From: Escherichia phage vB_EcoS_PJ16
Strand: one strand, 5' to 3'
Length of the DNA stretch: 57,756 bases
Sequence record: OQ955832.1
The notes under the pieces are model-generated. The model ran no database searches. It worked only from the letters and a program-made list of their open reading frames with translations, and had not been told where the DNA came from. Both the position numbers and the translations under genes were made by a program. Shown here piece by piece: positions 9,024 to 17,880 of the stretch (its first letter is position 1; each line of letters opens with the position of its first letter).

Positions 9024-9162
9024 AATGATTAGTCCCGATAAACTTCAGCACACCCGTAAATTTTACCAGGGTTGTAAGCCTGACACTGTTCGAACGTCAT
9101 GATACATTCTGTCACAGGTTCAATAGCCACACCATGCAGAACAAGCACTAGTACATAACCAA

Positions 9163-9492
9163 TTAACATTTTCTTAGAGTCTCCCGCCAGTTCAGCCCGT
9201 GTAGGTTTACTTTACATACAAGAATAAACGGAATATCAGGATCATACCACGAGCTACCGCTAATGTATGGGTCGTGTTCCCACGCGTAAACTTCACCATC
9301 AGCATCAGTAGTAATAACTGTATAGTTTTCTGGTATAGTTACTGACAATCCAAAATACATTACAGTTTTATAAAGATTCATTTTAACCAGTGTCATTTTA
9401 CAATCTGGTGCTTCTTCGTGGATATCCCACGATTTACCACAATGCGAACAATGATATTCATCATTACAGCGAATAGCGTTTACATGATTCAT
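9163..9492 (-). CDS. Hypothetical Cys-rich protein (109 aa)
   Basis: Track ORF; CxxC and HC pairs near N-terminus. Confidence 0.5.
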   Translation of the reverse strand: MNHVNAIRCNDEYHCSHCGKSWDIHEEAPDCKMTLVKMNLYKTVMYFGLSVTIPENYTVITTDADGEVYAWEHDPYISGSSWYDPDIPFILVCKVNLHGLNWRETLRKC

Positions 9493-9509
9493 GATTATTC
9501 TCCTGTTAT

Positions 9510-9710
9510 TCAGTTGACTAAGTAATAAATGTTATCACGGGCCAATTCATCAGCGTCTTCCTGACATTCGATTAAGGTGTTATCGTTACGCCATTCTTTA
9601 GCACATTCACGCGCTTGTTTACGACGTTTTTTCTTACTGTTACGAAGGTCTAAAAATATTTTTAATTCTTTATCATAAGCTCTTACCATACGTTTCATTG
9701 TACTTTTCAT
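9510..9710 (-). CDS. Hypothetical basic protein (66 aa)
   Basis: Track ORF. Confidence 0.45.
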   Translation of the reverse strand: MKSTMKRMVRAYDKELKIFLDLRNSKKKRRKQARECAKEWRNDNTLIECQEDADELARDNIYYLVN

Positions 9711-9713
9711 AAT

Positions 9714-9860
9714 TCAAAACCCCTTACTTTTAGCAATTTGTTGTGCACGTTTTTTAGTGTGACCAGCAGCAATTAAGCGTTTAATTTCGGCTTTACGGCG
9801 TACAAAGTGATCACTGCGTGAATTTTCAACCCACGACTGACTAATGTTTCTTGGATTCAT
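9714..9860 (-). CDS. Hypothetical small protein (48 aa), paralog of 10425-10625 C-terminus
   Basis: Not in track; shares about 35-nt repeat encoding KRLIAAGHTKKR; ATGA-coupled. Confidence 0.4.
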   Translation of the reverse strand: MNPRNISQSWVENSRSDHFVRRKAEIKRLIAAGHTKKRAQQIAKSKGF

Positions 9861-10195
9861 AATTCTATAGCCTTTGTCAGATATGAATGTTTCAGAACTT
9901 CACAAATTGTGTCATAATATTCAAATGTAACAGCAATAGTGTCAGCCGTTCGCTGATAGAAAAGAAAACCCTGATCATCCAATTGTTCAAGTATTTCAAT
10001 TTCTTCACTTGAACAATTACCGGAAATTATTTTCCCACCATTCAATACACAGTGAAGAATGAAAGGTAATAAACGTAACTCATGTTTGGTTAACTCGCGT
10101 TTAGTTTTAAACTGATATAATTGTTTCAGTTCATCGGTAACCATTCCACGGTGTTCTGGTTTTACTGGTATTAACATGTTCATCACTCCTTTCAT
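9857..10195 (-). CDS. Hypothetical protein (112 aa)
   Basis: Track ORF. Confidence 0.5.
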   Translation of the reverse strand: MKGVMNMLIPVKPEHRGMVTDELKQLYQFKTKRELTKHELRLLPFILHCVLNGGKIISGNCSSEEIEILEQLDDQGFLFYQRTADTIAVTFEYYDTICEVLKHSYLTKAIEL

Positions 10196-10424
10196 TTATA
10201 ATAAAGTTCTTTTTCAAGCCTGATGATTTGTTCTTTCAACCACGAAAGTTCTAAAAGAGTTTGTTTACCCCACGCCATCACTTCGGCATACCGTTTACAC
10301 TCATAACTGTGTTTTTTACGCTCGTAACAAGTAAGATGTCGCTGATGGCATGTGCTATTTAAAAGGTGAAACCTTATATTTACACTAACGCTGTTTTCAA
10401 TTAAATCATCATTTATGCAATCGT

Positions 10425-10625
10425 TTACATTGCGCCAGTCTTGTCGCGTTTTTTAGTGTGACCAGCAGCAATTAAGCGTTTTTCTACTTGGTCATTATAA
10501 GTTTTTAAAAGTTCGTCGCGCATTACTCGACATGTTTCACACGGGCATTTCATAACAGGTTCAGTACAAGCATTAGGATCTAATGACGCAATACCAAAAC
10601 CACTACCGTTGCCGTACATACTCAC
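10425..10625 (-). CDS. Hypothetical Cys-containing protein (66 aa)
   Basis: Track ORF; CPCETC motif; first gene after promoter at 10673. Confidence 0.45.
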   Translation of the reverse strand: MSMYGNGSGFGIASLDPNACTEPVMKCPCETCRVMRDELLKTYNDQVEKRLIAAGHTKKRDKTGAM

Positions 10626-10647
10626 TACTCCTGTTCAGTTGATGGTG

Positions 10648-10695
10648 AAAGCATAACTGCGTATCTGTAATCAGTCAAGAATTATTTTAACACCG
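10648..10695 (-). promoter_or_regulatory. sigma70-type promoter with UP element (conserved family)
   Basis: -35 TTGACT (10673-10678), -10 TATGCT-like, UP AATTATTTTAA. Confidence 0.5.
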
Positions 10696-10712
10696 TGCAA
10701 AAAAACCATCAC

Positions 10713-10721
10713 TGATATAAC
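10713..10721 (+). promoter_or_regulatory. Extended -10 element TGATATAAC (putative late promoter)
   Basis: TGnTATAAY without recognisable -35, about 40 nt upstream of portal start. Confidence 0.35.
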
Positions 10722-10760
10722 ATACGTTAAGAACCGTAAACCGTATGGAGCCTGTAGAAC

Positions 10761-12116
10761 ATGGCTGACCAACAATTCGAACAACTAGCCGTTGCCGGGT
10801 ACAGTCGAACAGGCAACCAGGTAAACGACGATTTTCTTCCTAAACTGAATGGTAAACAAGGCCGTCGTATTCTTCGTCAGATGGCTGAGAACGACGAAAC
10901 GATCGGTGGTGTACTGTTTGCTATGAGTAGCGTTTATCGTTCTGTACAGTGGATTTTTGACCCGTCTGACAAAGATGATCCAGAAGCTATCCGTTATTCA
11001 GAATGGTTACAGGATGCTATTGAAAATAAAATGGGTGATCCGCGTGGTGCACTCCCGGATGATACCTGGTCCGCGTTCGTTCAGACATGGACAGACGTTG
11101 ATGTATTCGGCTGGGGTTGGTATGACATCTGGGTCAAAGATCTTGATGACGGTACAGTGGGTATTGCCCGTCTGGTTCCTGTAGCACCTGAAACGCTTGC
11201 TGGCTGGGATATTGAAGAACCGACAGGTTATGTTCGTGGTATTTATCAATGTTCACCTAATCAGGGTACAACGACGTTAATCACACGTGACCGTTCGCTT
11301 CATTTGATTTCAAGTCCGAATAAAGGTAACCCGGAAGGTTTATCACTGCTGCGCACAGCTTATCGCCCGTGGTACTACAAAAAAGTGAATATGGAAATCG
11401 AATCCATACTTGCCGAACGTGGTACAGGGTTCCCGGTAATTACTGTCAACGCAGATATTAAGAAAGCGGCTAATGATCCTAATGTTCCTGAACAACAGCG
11501 TCAGGCAGCACAGGCGATGATTGATGACTATGAAAACATCGTCGCTAATATCAAACGCAATGAACAATCAGGACTGGTGATTTATTCTAAACCGTATATC
11601 ACGGGTTATGATAACGAAACAGGTGTTACTACGTACGGTGGTGAACAACAGGTGAAACTGGAATTCGTTACACCTAACCAGACCAGTTCTGTGGATATTG
11701 ACCGGACGATTAAACGCCTGGATACCAGTATTGCCCGTGCGTTACTGGCTGATTTTTTATTTTTTGGCAGTTCGGGTAATACAAGTAATGGTGCTAACCT
11801 GGGTAATCGTACTGAACTGTGGATCCGCGCAATGCAATCACGTATTGACAGCATTGTAGAATGTGTTAATCGTCAGTTGATACCGCAGTTATGGTCATTA
11901 AACGCATTTCCTGATGAATACCGCCCGTCGATTCGCGCCGGGTCGATCAGTAAAGACAGTATCGAGACGTTGACCACTGCACTTGCACGACTTGCACAAG
12001 CTGGTGCGCCTGTATTCCCGGATCCAGACCTTCAGGAATACGTGTATAAAGAGGCTGGTCTACCTATTACGGGGATTGATAAAGCCGGGGACGGATTACC
12101 GTCTATTGACGACTGA
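10761..12116 (+). CDS. Portal protein (putative)
   Basis: 451 aa; position and size between terminase and head morphogenesis gene; no motif confirmed. Confidence 0.5.
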   Translation: MADQQFEQLAVAGYSRTGNQVNDDFLPKLNGKQGRRILRQMAENDETIGGVLFAMSSVYRSVQWIFDPSDKDDPEAIRYSEWLQDAIENKMGDPRGALPDDTWSAFVQTWTDVDVFGWGWYDIWVKDLDDGTVGIARLVPVAPETLAGWDIEEPTGYVRGIYQCSPNQGTTTLITRDRSLHLISSPNKGNPEGLSLLRTAYRPWYYKKVNMEIESILAERGTGFPVITVNADIKKAANDPNVPEQQRQAAQAMIDDYENIVANIKRNEQSGLVIYSKPYITGYDNETGVTTYGGEQQVKLEFVTPNQTSSVDIDRTIKRLDTSIARALLADFLFFGSSGNTSNGANLGNRTELWIRAMQSRIDSIVECVNRQLIPQLWSLNAFPDEYRPSIRAGSISKDSIETLTTALARLAQAGAPVFPDPDLQEYVYKEAGLPITGIDKAGDGLPSIDD

Positions 12117-12119
12117 ATG

Positions 12120-12150
12120 AAAAAGGGACCGTTACTGGTCCCTTAATTTT
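12120..12150. terminator. Bidirectional rho-independent terminator
   Basis: Stem agggacc/ggtccct flanked by A-run and T-run between convergent genes. Confidence 0.65.
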
Positions 12151-12481
12151 ACTTAGTTTCAGGCTGCACGATTGACAGTAACTTACTCGCTTCATCAACC
12201 GCAGTCTGAATACGAGTCTGTAACGGATAACTGTTGTTGATCGCACGTTCCAGCGTTTTATCAAGCAGTTGCAGTTTGACTTCATCATCGCCAGTGAACG
12301 CGTACATGTCAGCGACAACTTCCTTAAACTGTGATGCTTGCTCAACAATAGTCGTGGTTACAATGTATTTCCAGACTTTGTTAAGTAGTTTAAATTTCAC
12401 TTCGTTGTCAGCAACTGCATCAACCAGAATTTCAGCAGCAGTCTTGTCATATTTAACAAGCTCAAGAATTTCAAAACGCAT
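12149..12481 (-). CDS. Hypothetical protein (110 aa)
   Basis: Track ORF. Confidence 0.5.
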   Translation of the reverse strand: MRFEILELVKYDKTAAEILVDAVADNEVKFKLLNKVWKYIVTTTIVEQASQFKEVVADMYAFTGDDEVKLQLLDKTLERAINNSYPLQTRIQTAVDEASKLLSIVQPETK

Positions 12482-12496
12482 TTAAGTCTTCTCCTG

Positions 12497-12841
12497 TCAG
12501 TTAACATACTTCGCGATCAGTTTATCACAATCCTCGCGACAGGTAGCATACTTAAACAGGTCACTGGCTGCTTCTGCGCGGTAGTCAGTATCAATGGTGT
12601 AATGTTCATTAACATAATTATAGGCTGCAAGGTAATTGCTGAACATCCCCGTGGTTACCACTTTCGGTTGTTCCCTTACGACCTTACCGTTAAACAGATG
12701 TGCGATTAGCAGAATCAGACCACCGATCACAGGACTTGTGAGAAATGCGATAAAGAACCATACACCAGGGTTACGACCTGTTTGTTTGGCAACACCCGCG
12801 ACAACCAGAGAGAAAAGAATCCATAAAATAGCGAATAACAT
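12497..12841 (-). CDS. Hypothetical membrane protein (114 aa)
   Basis: Track ORF; two N-terminal TM helices; strong RBS AGGAGG. Confidence 0.5.
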   Translation of the reverse strand: MLFAILWILFSLVVAGVAKQTGRNPGVWFFIAFLTSPVIGGLILLIAHLFNGKVVREQPKVVTTGMFSNYLAAYNYVNEHYTIDTDYRAEAASDLFKYATCREDCDKLIAKYVN

Positions 12842-12869
12842 GATTGTGTCCTCCTTTGTTTTGATGTTT

Positions 12870-12916
12870 GTAGGTTACACATCCTTGTGCAATCCGTCAA
12901 GAATTATTTTAGATTA
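12870..12916 (-). promoter_or_regulatory. sigma70-type promoter with UP element (conserved family)
   Basis: -35 TTGACG (12895-12900), 17-bp spacer, -10 TAACCT; leader nearly identical to promoter at 27470. Confidence 0.55.
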
Positions 12917-13152
12917 TCATAGACAGGCGGTAAACCCATTGCGGCCTGTACAGACCGTTTTTCGTATTCCTCCCGAAGTTTCTGAAGCTGTTCAATACCG
13001 ATGTCACAACCACGCATTATATCAGCGCACAGGTCGTTGTAGGTCGCTTCAGATTGTTTGCTGTGTGGGTAATCAACACAGGATGGATCTGCAATAATGA
13101 CTTTCGGCAGATACGCGACAGTATCGCCCATTGCGTTTTTAAATATCGTCAT
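12904..13152 (-). CDS. Hypothetical protein (82 aa)
   Basis: Track ORF. Confidence 0.45.
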   Translation of the reverse strand: MTIFKNAMGDTVAYLPKVIIADPSCVDYPHSKQSEATYNDLCADIMRGCDIGIEQLQKLREEYEKRSVQAAMGLPPVYDNLK

Positions 13153-13478
13153 AAGTACGATCCCACAATTGCAGCACAGTTGACGATCGCTAAACGCGTT
13201 GCTTTTTCACGGTCTTCTCCGTGGCTAACTGGTTGCTTATAACTAACGCCAGTATCAGGGTTATTAACCGTCACTTCGTTGTCACGAACATCCAGATCCA
13301 TGTACATGTTAACCATCAGACTGAAAGCATCCTCATTACGTGTAAGAGGGTTCCACAGGCGACCATTACCTATATCAATACCTTCGTTTATGTAACGTTC
13401 GTCGTACGCGATGTAATATTTACCCTGGATTTCAGCAGCCCGTGCTGCGTTGACTAATAAATCACGATTGTTCATCAT
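13149..13478 (-). CDS. Hypothetical protein (109 aa)
   Basis: Track ORF, ATGA-coupled. Confidence 0.45.
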   Translation of the reverse strand: MMNNRDLLVNAARAAEIQGKYYIAYDERYINEGIDIGNGRLWNPLTRNEDAFSLMVNMYMDLDVRDNEVTVNNPDTGVSYKQPVSHGEDREKATRLAIVNCAAIVGSYL

Positions 13479-13978
13479 ACCCGTCCTGTTGATCCAAACC
13501 CGCCATTACGCTGACTATCAACATCTGGTAATTCTTCCACTTCAACCAGGTTAACAGGTTCGACACGTTCAACCATAAGCTGACAAACGCGTTCACCGTC
13601 TGCGATGGTCTGTAATTTCTGCCCGTGGTTAGTCAGCGTAACGTAGTATTCTTCTTTGTAATCACGATCACCGATACCCACACAGTTGATCAGTGACAAA
13701 CCGTGTTTAAGACTCATGCCGGAACGTGGATAGAATTTAATGCAATATCCGCTATCAACTGACATTTTCAAACCAGTGGGGATCATAGCGCGGTCGCCGG
13801 GCCATAATGCGATTGTTCCTGCAACAACCGGACGTTCCACTTTAGCGCCTGATTCTGTGAATATAGTTACCGATTCTTCCCACAGGCAAGCACGAACGTC
13901 TAACCCGGCGCTGTCCGGTGTTGCACGTGTCGGAAGTTCAGCGCGGGGTGTTAGTTTTTTGATATACAGGTTAGTCAT
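13475..13978 (-). CDS. dut: dUTP diphosphatase (dUTPase)
   Basis: All five dUTPase motifs: SAGLD, PRSG, GIGDRDYK, GERVCQL, RNGGFGSTGR. Confidence 0.85.
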   Translation of the reverse strand: MTNLYIKKLTPRAELPTRATPDSAGLDVRACLWEESVTIFTESGAKVERPVVAGTIALWPGDRAMIPTGLKMSVDSGYCIKFYPRSGMSLKHGLSLINCVGIGDRDYKEEYYVTLTNHGQKLQTIADGERVCQLMVERVEPVNLVEVEELPDVDSQRNGGFGSTGRV

Positions 13979-14010
13979 TGTTTGATTCCTCAGTGTGTTT
14001 CGTTCGTGAC

Positions 14011-14058
14011 AAATGTTAGTGTTACTGCTTGCAATGTGTCAAGAATTATTTTAAACTT
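14011..14058 (-). promoter_or_regulatory. sigma70-type promoter with UP element (conserved family)
   Basis: -35 TTGACA (14037-14042), 18-bp spacer, -10 TAACAT (14013-14018). Confidence 0.55.
14029..14057 (+). promoter_or_regulatory. Putative divergent plus-strand promoter overlapping the minus-strand element
   Basis: TTGCAA-17 bp-TAAACT on plus strand; same arrangement recurs at 44612. Confidence 0.35.
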
Positions 14059-14085
14059 CTGTCAACGTTAACCAATGAGGAATAA

Positions 14086-14745
14086 ATGATGCGTAACTTT
14101 AACTGGAGTGAAGCACCTAACTGGGCTACATGTGTTGTTAAACCGAAAATTAAAGAACTCAGTGATGATTATCACTGGTCAGAAGAACCCTGTGCATCTG
14201 CACGCGTGATGAGAATTGAAACAGGTATTGGATTTACAATGAACTGTGAAAATTTCTGGGAAATCGTTGAAAAACGCCCTGTAGGTTCACCACGGGATGT
14301 AACGGTTACTCGTGTTAACGACGACCAGTTAGTCAAATATGGTTATACTATTCATACCAATGATAAAATAGCAAAATATGAACAACCATCAACAGTAACC
14401 CGTGCGTCTAGACCAACACCACCGTCAAATTGTCGGTGTACATTCACCCCTGTTCAACAACCATCAACAGCGTCTGACTTGCTGAAACAGGCTGAACAGC
14501 TACTGACAGAACGTGGTAAGCAGTACGACACGTCTGGTCAGGAACGTTCGTCAGCTAAAATCGTTGCTGCGTTTAACGCAATTACCGGGCGCGACTTAAC
14601 ACCGGGTGAAGGGTGGTTGTTTCTGATGTTGTTAAAAGCGGTTCGTTTCTATTCCAATACTGAAACACCACATCGTGACAGTCTGGAAGACCTGATCAGC
14701 TATGCTGCATTACATGCAGAGGAATATCTTAACGATGAACGGTGA
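14086..14745 (+). CDS. Hypothetical protein (219 aa)
   Basis: Track ORF; Cys-containing N-terminal half, helical C-terminal half. Confidence 0.5.
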   Translation: MMRNFNWSEAPNWATCVVKPKIKELSDDYHWSEEPCASARVMRIETGIGFTMNCENFWEIVEKRPVGSPRDVTVTRVNDDQLVKYGYTIHTNDKIAKYEQPSTVTRASRPTPPSNCRCTFTPVQQPSTASDLLKQAEQLLTERGKQYDTSGQERSSAKIVAAFNAITGRDLTPGEGWLFLMLLKAVRFYSNTETPHRDSLEDLISYAALHAEEYLNDER

Positions 14746-14917
14746 ACAAGCATTCGACCTTCTGGTTAAATACGACATTATTGTTATTCACTGTGACCGT
14801 GAACAAATCGTTTTCACAGACGATCTTCGTTATGAAGAACCTTATGACGGTGATAAACGGTCTGCCACGATTCGGTTAATCGAACGTGTGGCACGTGACA
14901 GAGGGGAACTATTATAA
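14735..14917 (+). CDS. Hypothetical protein (60 aa)
   Basis: Track ORF 14702-14917 trimmed to ATG 14735. Confidence 0.4.
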   Translation: MNGEQAFDLLVKYDIIVIHCDREQIVFTDDLRYEEPYDGDKRSATIRLIERVARDRGELL

Positions 14918-15111
14918 TGGTTCAAACTATTTCTGAATTACTACCCACCGTTTATGGCAACGTGACAGAACTTGCCAGGCGGATTGGGTGTAACAAAGCG
15001 ACAGTTTATAAATATATGGATGACACCAACGGTGAATTTCACGCAGTGGTGAATGGTAAGTTGATGGTCAGACCCGGTTTTAAAGGACGTTATAATCGTG
15101 ACAAAAGATGA
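14917..15111 (+). CDS. Hypothetical protein (64 aa)
   Basis: Track ORF. Confidence 0.4.
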   Translation: MVQTISELLPTVYGNVTELARRIGCNKATVYKYMDDTNGEFHAVVNGKLMVRPGFKGRYNRDKR

Positions 15112-15245
15112 AAAATTATTACGTGAACTTGAAATAGACTACGAACGAGCACAAAAAGCGTTACAGTTTCTGGAAGAACAGATCCGCGAAGTTAAGAATC
15201 GCATTCAGGGAACTGAAAAACGTAATCTTCCACGCCCGTAACACG

Positions 15246-15254
15246 TGATATAAT
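15246..15254 (+). promoter_or_regulatory. Extended -10 element TGATATAAT (putative late promoter)
   Basis: TGnTATAAT with no clear -35, immediately upstream of hairpin and head gene. Confidence 0.4.
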
Positions 15255-15256
15255 CG

Positions 15257-15283
15257 GCCTCAGTGTGTTAACTGAGGCTTTTT
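15257..15283 (+). terminator. Hairpin plus T5 (terminator and/or RBS-sequestering leader)
   Basis: Stem gcctcag/ctgaggc; right arm contains the GAGG SD of the 15284 gene. Confidence 0.5.
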
Positions 15284-16243
15284 ATGGCTACTAAAGACCC
15301 ATACCCGGATATTTCAGACAAGTATGACGCTCGCATTCGCGAAGCACTTGACGTTGTGTGGGAAAACGTGCGTCGTAGTGAGTCGTTAGCCAACCTGGAA
15401 TACATCATTGAAACTCAGGGTATTGCCGGATTACTCCCCATTCTTGAAACACTCCCTGATGAACTTAGTGCACAGTTGCGCCCGGTTATTGAAGATGCGA
15501 TCGCCGAATCAGGTCGTGTAGTCGTTCAGGTTTTACCGAAAGCGGCTGTAACAGGTCCGGTTGTGTTTAGTCTGGTCACCCCACAGGTCAGCACATATAT
15601 CAACAACTATGTCGGACAACTGATCCGTGAAGTCAGTGACGAAACAGTCAAAGCTGTTCAGATTGCTGTTAACCAGGGTGTGGTAACCGGACGAAATCCG
15701 CGTCAGATAGCCCGTGATTTTCGATCGTCAATAGGGTTAACCACACGGCAGGAAATGACGGTTCAACGTCTGCGATCAGCACTGGAAAAAGGTGAAGCAG
15801 GTTATGTGAACAGTCTGACCACTGTTACAGACAGTGGGAAGAACGCTGTAAGTGCCGGGAAACTATCACAGGCGAAGATTGACCAGATAATCGAACAGAC
15901 ACGCTTGCGTTACGTAAAACAGCGTACAGAGACAATAGCGCGTACTGAATCACTTCGTGCTGTATCAGTTGGTCAGGATCAGGCAATACGTCAGGGACAG
16001 ATTACCGGGGCTATTAGTAATGAATTGCTGAAGCGCTGGTTATACAGAAAGGATGGTCGGACACGTGATGCGCATATTTCCACGGGTGAAACGAATGGCT
16101 GGATACCAATGAACAGACCGTTTTCAACGCCGTTAGGACCACTTATGTTTCCTCGTGATCCTAACGGTAGTGCAGCGAATGTGATTAATTGCCGTTGCCG
16201 GGTACAGTACAGTTTGCCGGAAGATATAGGTTCGTTGGGTTAA
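15284..16243 (+). CDS. Head morphogenesis protein (Mu F / SPP1 gp7-like, putative)
   Basis: 319 aa; position after portal; C-terminal region resembles minor head protein family. Confidence 0.55.
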   Translation: MATKDPYPDISDKYDARIREALDVVWENVRRSESLANLEYIIETQGIAGLLPILETLPDELSAQLRPVIEDAIAESGRVVVQVLPKAAVTGPVVFSLVTPQVSTYINNYVGQLIREVSDETVKAVQIAVNQGVVTGRNPRQIARDFRSSIGLTTRQEMTVQRLRSALEKGEAGYVNSLTTVTDSGKNAVSAGKLSQAKIDQIIEQTRLRYVKQRTETIARTESLRAVSVGQDQAIRQGQITGAISNELLKRWLYRKDGRTRDAHISTGETNGWIPMNRPFSTPLGPLMFPRDPNGSAANVINCRCRVQYSLPEDIGSLG

Positions 16244-16470
16244 TCAGGTTCACGCCAGTCAAGAGGTCGCACATCACATAACAGACGAACATTATCTTCA
16301 AATTTTATGTTTATCCTGTGATGTGCAGTATCATTTTCATAAACAGAAGGCCATATTTCATAACCCTGAACAGTTCGTGCCACCCACTTGTTAATGCTTG
16401 CCAGATGGATCAACACTTCACAACCAACTGGAGGGAGGTTTTTACCATCCCAAATCTGTTTCATTCCCAT
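16240..16470 (-). CDS. Hypothetical protein (76 aa)
   Basis: Track ORF. Confidence 0.45.
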   Translation of the reverse strand: MGMKQIWDGKNLPPVGCEVLIHLASINKWVARTVQGYEIWPSVYENDTAHHRINIKFEDNVRLLCDVRPLDWREPD

Positions 16471-16679
16471 TATTTGCGCAACTCCTGTTTAACTGCATTT
16501 TCAATATCATCTAATGCTTTAATCTCGTGATCCCAGTACAAACGGTCATCGGTTCCTTCTACTATATCTGGTGGGTTTGCGTGTTCACGAGCGATTTTCA
16601 AAGCATCACGCCAGTTTTCAATATGAGTACTGATCATATCAGCGAGATTTGAATGACCTTTGTAATCTACGTTTTTCAT
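16470..16679 (-). CDS. Hypothetical protein (69 aa)
   Basis: Track ORF 16470-16859 trimmed to internal ATG with AAGGA RBS. Confidence 0.4.
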   Translation of the reverse strand: MKNVDYKGHSNLADMISTHIENWRDALKIAREHANPPDIVEGTDDRLYWDHEIKALDDIENAVKQELRK

Positions 16680-16926
16680 TATTTTCAGAATCCTTAATTT
16701 CTTGTAAAAGTTTGAAACCGTAATCGCCCATTTTTCGATCAAACCACGGTTTCTGTGTTTTAGCATAGGTATATGCTTTTTTGCCGTATACGTAGTGTGC
16801 GCCATAACTACCGAACTGACATTTCGGACAACCAACACCCGTGTTAAAAATCCATTCACAGGAGGCGCACACTCTTAGTTTAGCTGTCATAGTGGTTACT
16901 CCTGTTTCTCCCCGCAGAACGGACAA
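16639..16926 (-). CDS. Hypothetical zinc-ribbon protein (95 aa)
   Basis: Track ORF; CxxC...CxxC pairs. Confidence 0.45.
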   Translation of the reverse strand: MSVLRGETGVTTMTAKLRVCASCEWIFNTGVGCPKCQFGSYGAHYVYGKKAYTYAKTQKPWFDRKMGDYGFKLLQEIKDSENNEKRRLQRSFKSR

Positions 16927-17171
16927 TAAGACATTTTGATGTTGGTTTCCAGGCGTGTGAAGTTCTTCGCCAATTCACCGTTTTTCTTTTTAGCACGGTA
17001 TGCAAGACGATATTTCAACATAACGTGAATTTTACCAGACGTCAGACCGAAACACTGATTATCCCAGCCAACTTTATCAAACAGGTTAGTGCTGACTTCC
17101 GAACCTACTGGTACTTTTTCCATCAGACGTTTTTGAAGTTCGTCACCAACTTTTTTCATACAGTCACACAT
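16896..17171 (-). CDS. Hypothetical Cys-containing protein (92 aa)
   Basis: Track ORF 16896-17180 trimmed to ATG; CDC and CPFC motifs. Confidence 0.45.
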   Translation of the reverse strand: MCDCMKKVGDELQKRLMEKVPVGSEVSTNLFDKVGWDNQCFGLTSGKIHVMLKYRLAYRAKKKNGELAKNFTRLETNIKMSYCPFCGEKQE

Positions 17172-17545
17172 TACGCGCACCTCGATAGTCGTCTTAATTT
17201 AACGATCAACCTTGTGACTTTACTCCAGTCAGATTCAGTAAAGTCGTCCACATCTTTAGCCCATAACTCATTAACATGTCGTGGGTTATATGGTTCTTTC
17301 TTAACTGGCTATTTCCGTTTCTTTTTACCCATAGGTTATAACCCAAGTAAAAGTTTAAGCGCACATTTACGAGCATCGTTGACCATTTTTAATAATTCTT
17401 GTGTATCAATGGTGCGATCAGCGTGTTTAATCAGTTCATTCATACTATTAACCTCTTACTATTCCTACGACCACAGGTGCTGCGAAAATCATGAAAGCCA
17501 GTATGTAGTAAATCATCGCATGTCTCCTTTTTCTTCCTGTTAACC

Positions 17546-17592
17546 ACAGGGTAGTTGTGTCGGTGTAATTTGTCAAGAATTATTTTAAAGAT
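17546..17592 (-). promoter_or_regulatory. sigma70-type promoter with UP element (conserved family), left arm of divergent pair
   Basis: -35 TTGACA (17571-17576), 17-bp spacer, TACCCT; inverted copy of promoter at 17898. Confidence 0.55.
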
Positions 17593-17880
17593 ACAGCTAA
17601 TACAGAACGTGTACTAACTGCACATATTTCTACATAGGTTTCATGATTTTGAGTTGCAGCTAATACAGAACGTGTATTAGTAGATCATAGATTCATAGAT
17701 TTCGTCATGTTTATTTTTTAACCAACCTCTCTCTATCTTATTCTTTTTATTATCTTTTTATAATAAAAAGATAATAAACATAATAAACATAGATAAATAG
17801 AAGAGTAGTATAAGTAGTATAAGTTGCTGCAAGTAGGAGAGGTTTAAAAGGTATAGGGAGTCGCATACTTCCCATGAATC
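17581..17880. repeat. AT-rich non-coding repeat hub B
   Basis: No ORFs; direct repeats cagctaatacagaacgtgta x2, catagat repeats; homologous to window-end/start region. Confidence 0.65.
17746..17778. repeat. Perfect palindrome (16-bp arms, 1-nt centre)
   Basis: tttttattatctttttat a ataaaaagataataaaa read directly; core TTATCT...AGATAA also present at window junction. Confidence 0.8.

Noticed and set aside
15099-15240. Possible 47-codon GTG-initiated ORF between 14917-15111 gene and head morphogenesis gene
   Set aside because: Non-ATG start overlapping the upstream gene and only a weak RBS; not supportable without expression data.
17025-17543. Plus-strand ORF (172 aa) left of hub B
   Set aside because: Antisense to the coupled minus-strand genes driven by the 17571 promoter; no RBS.
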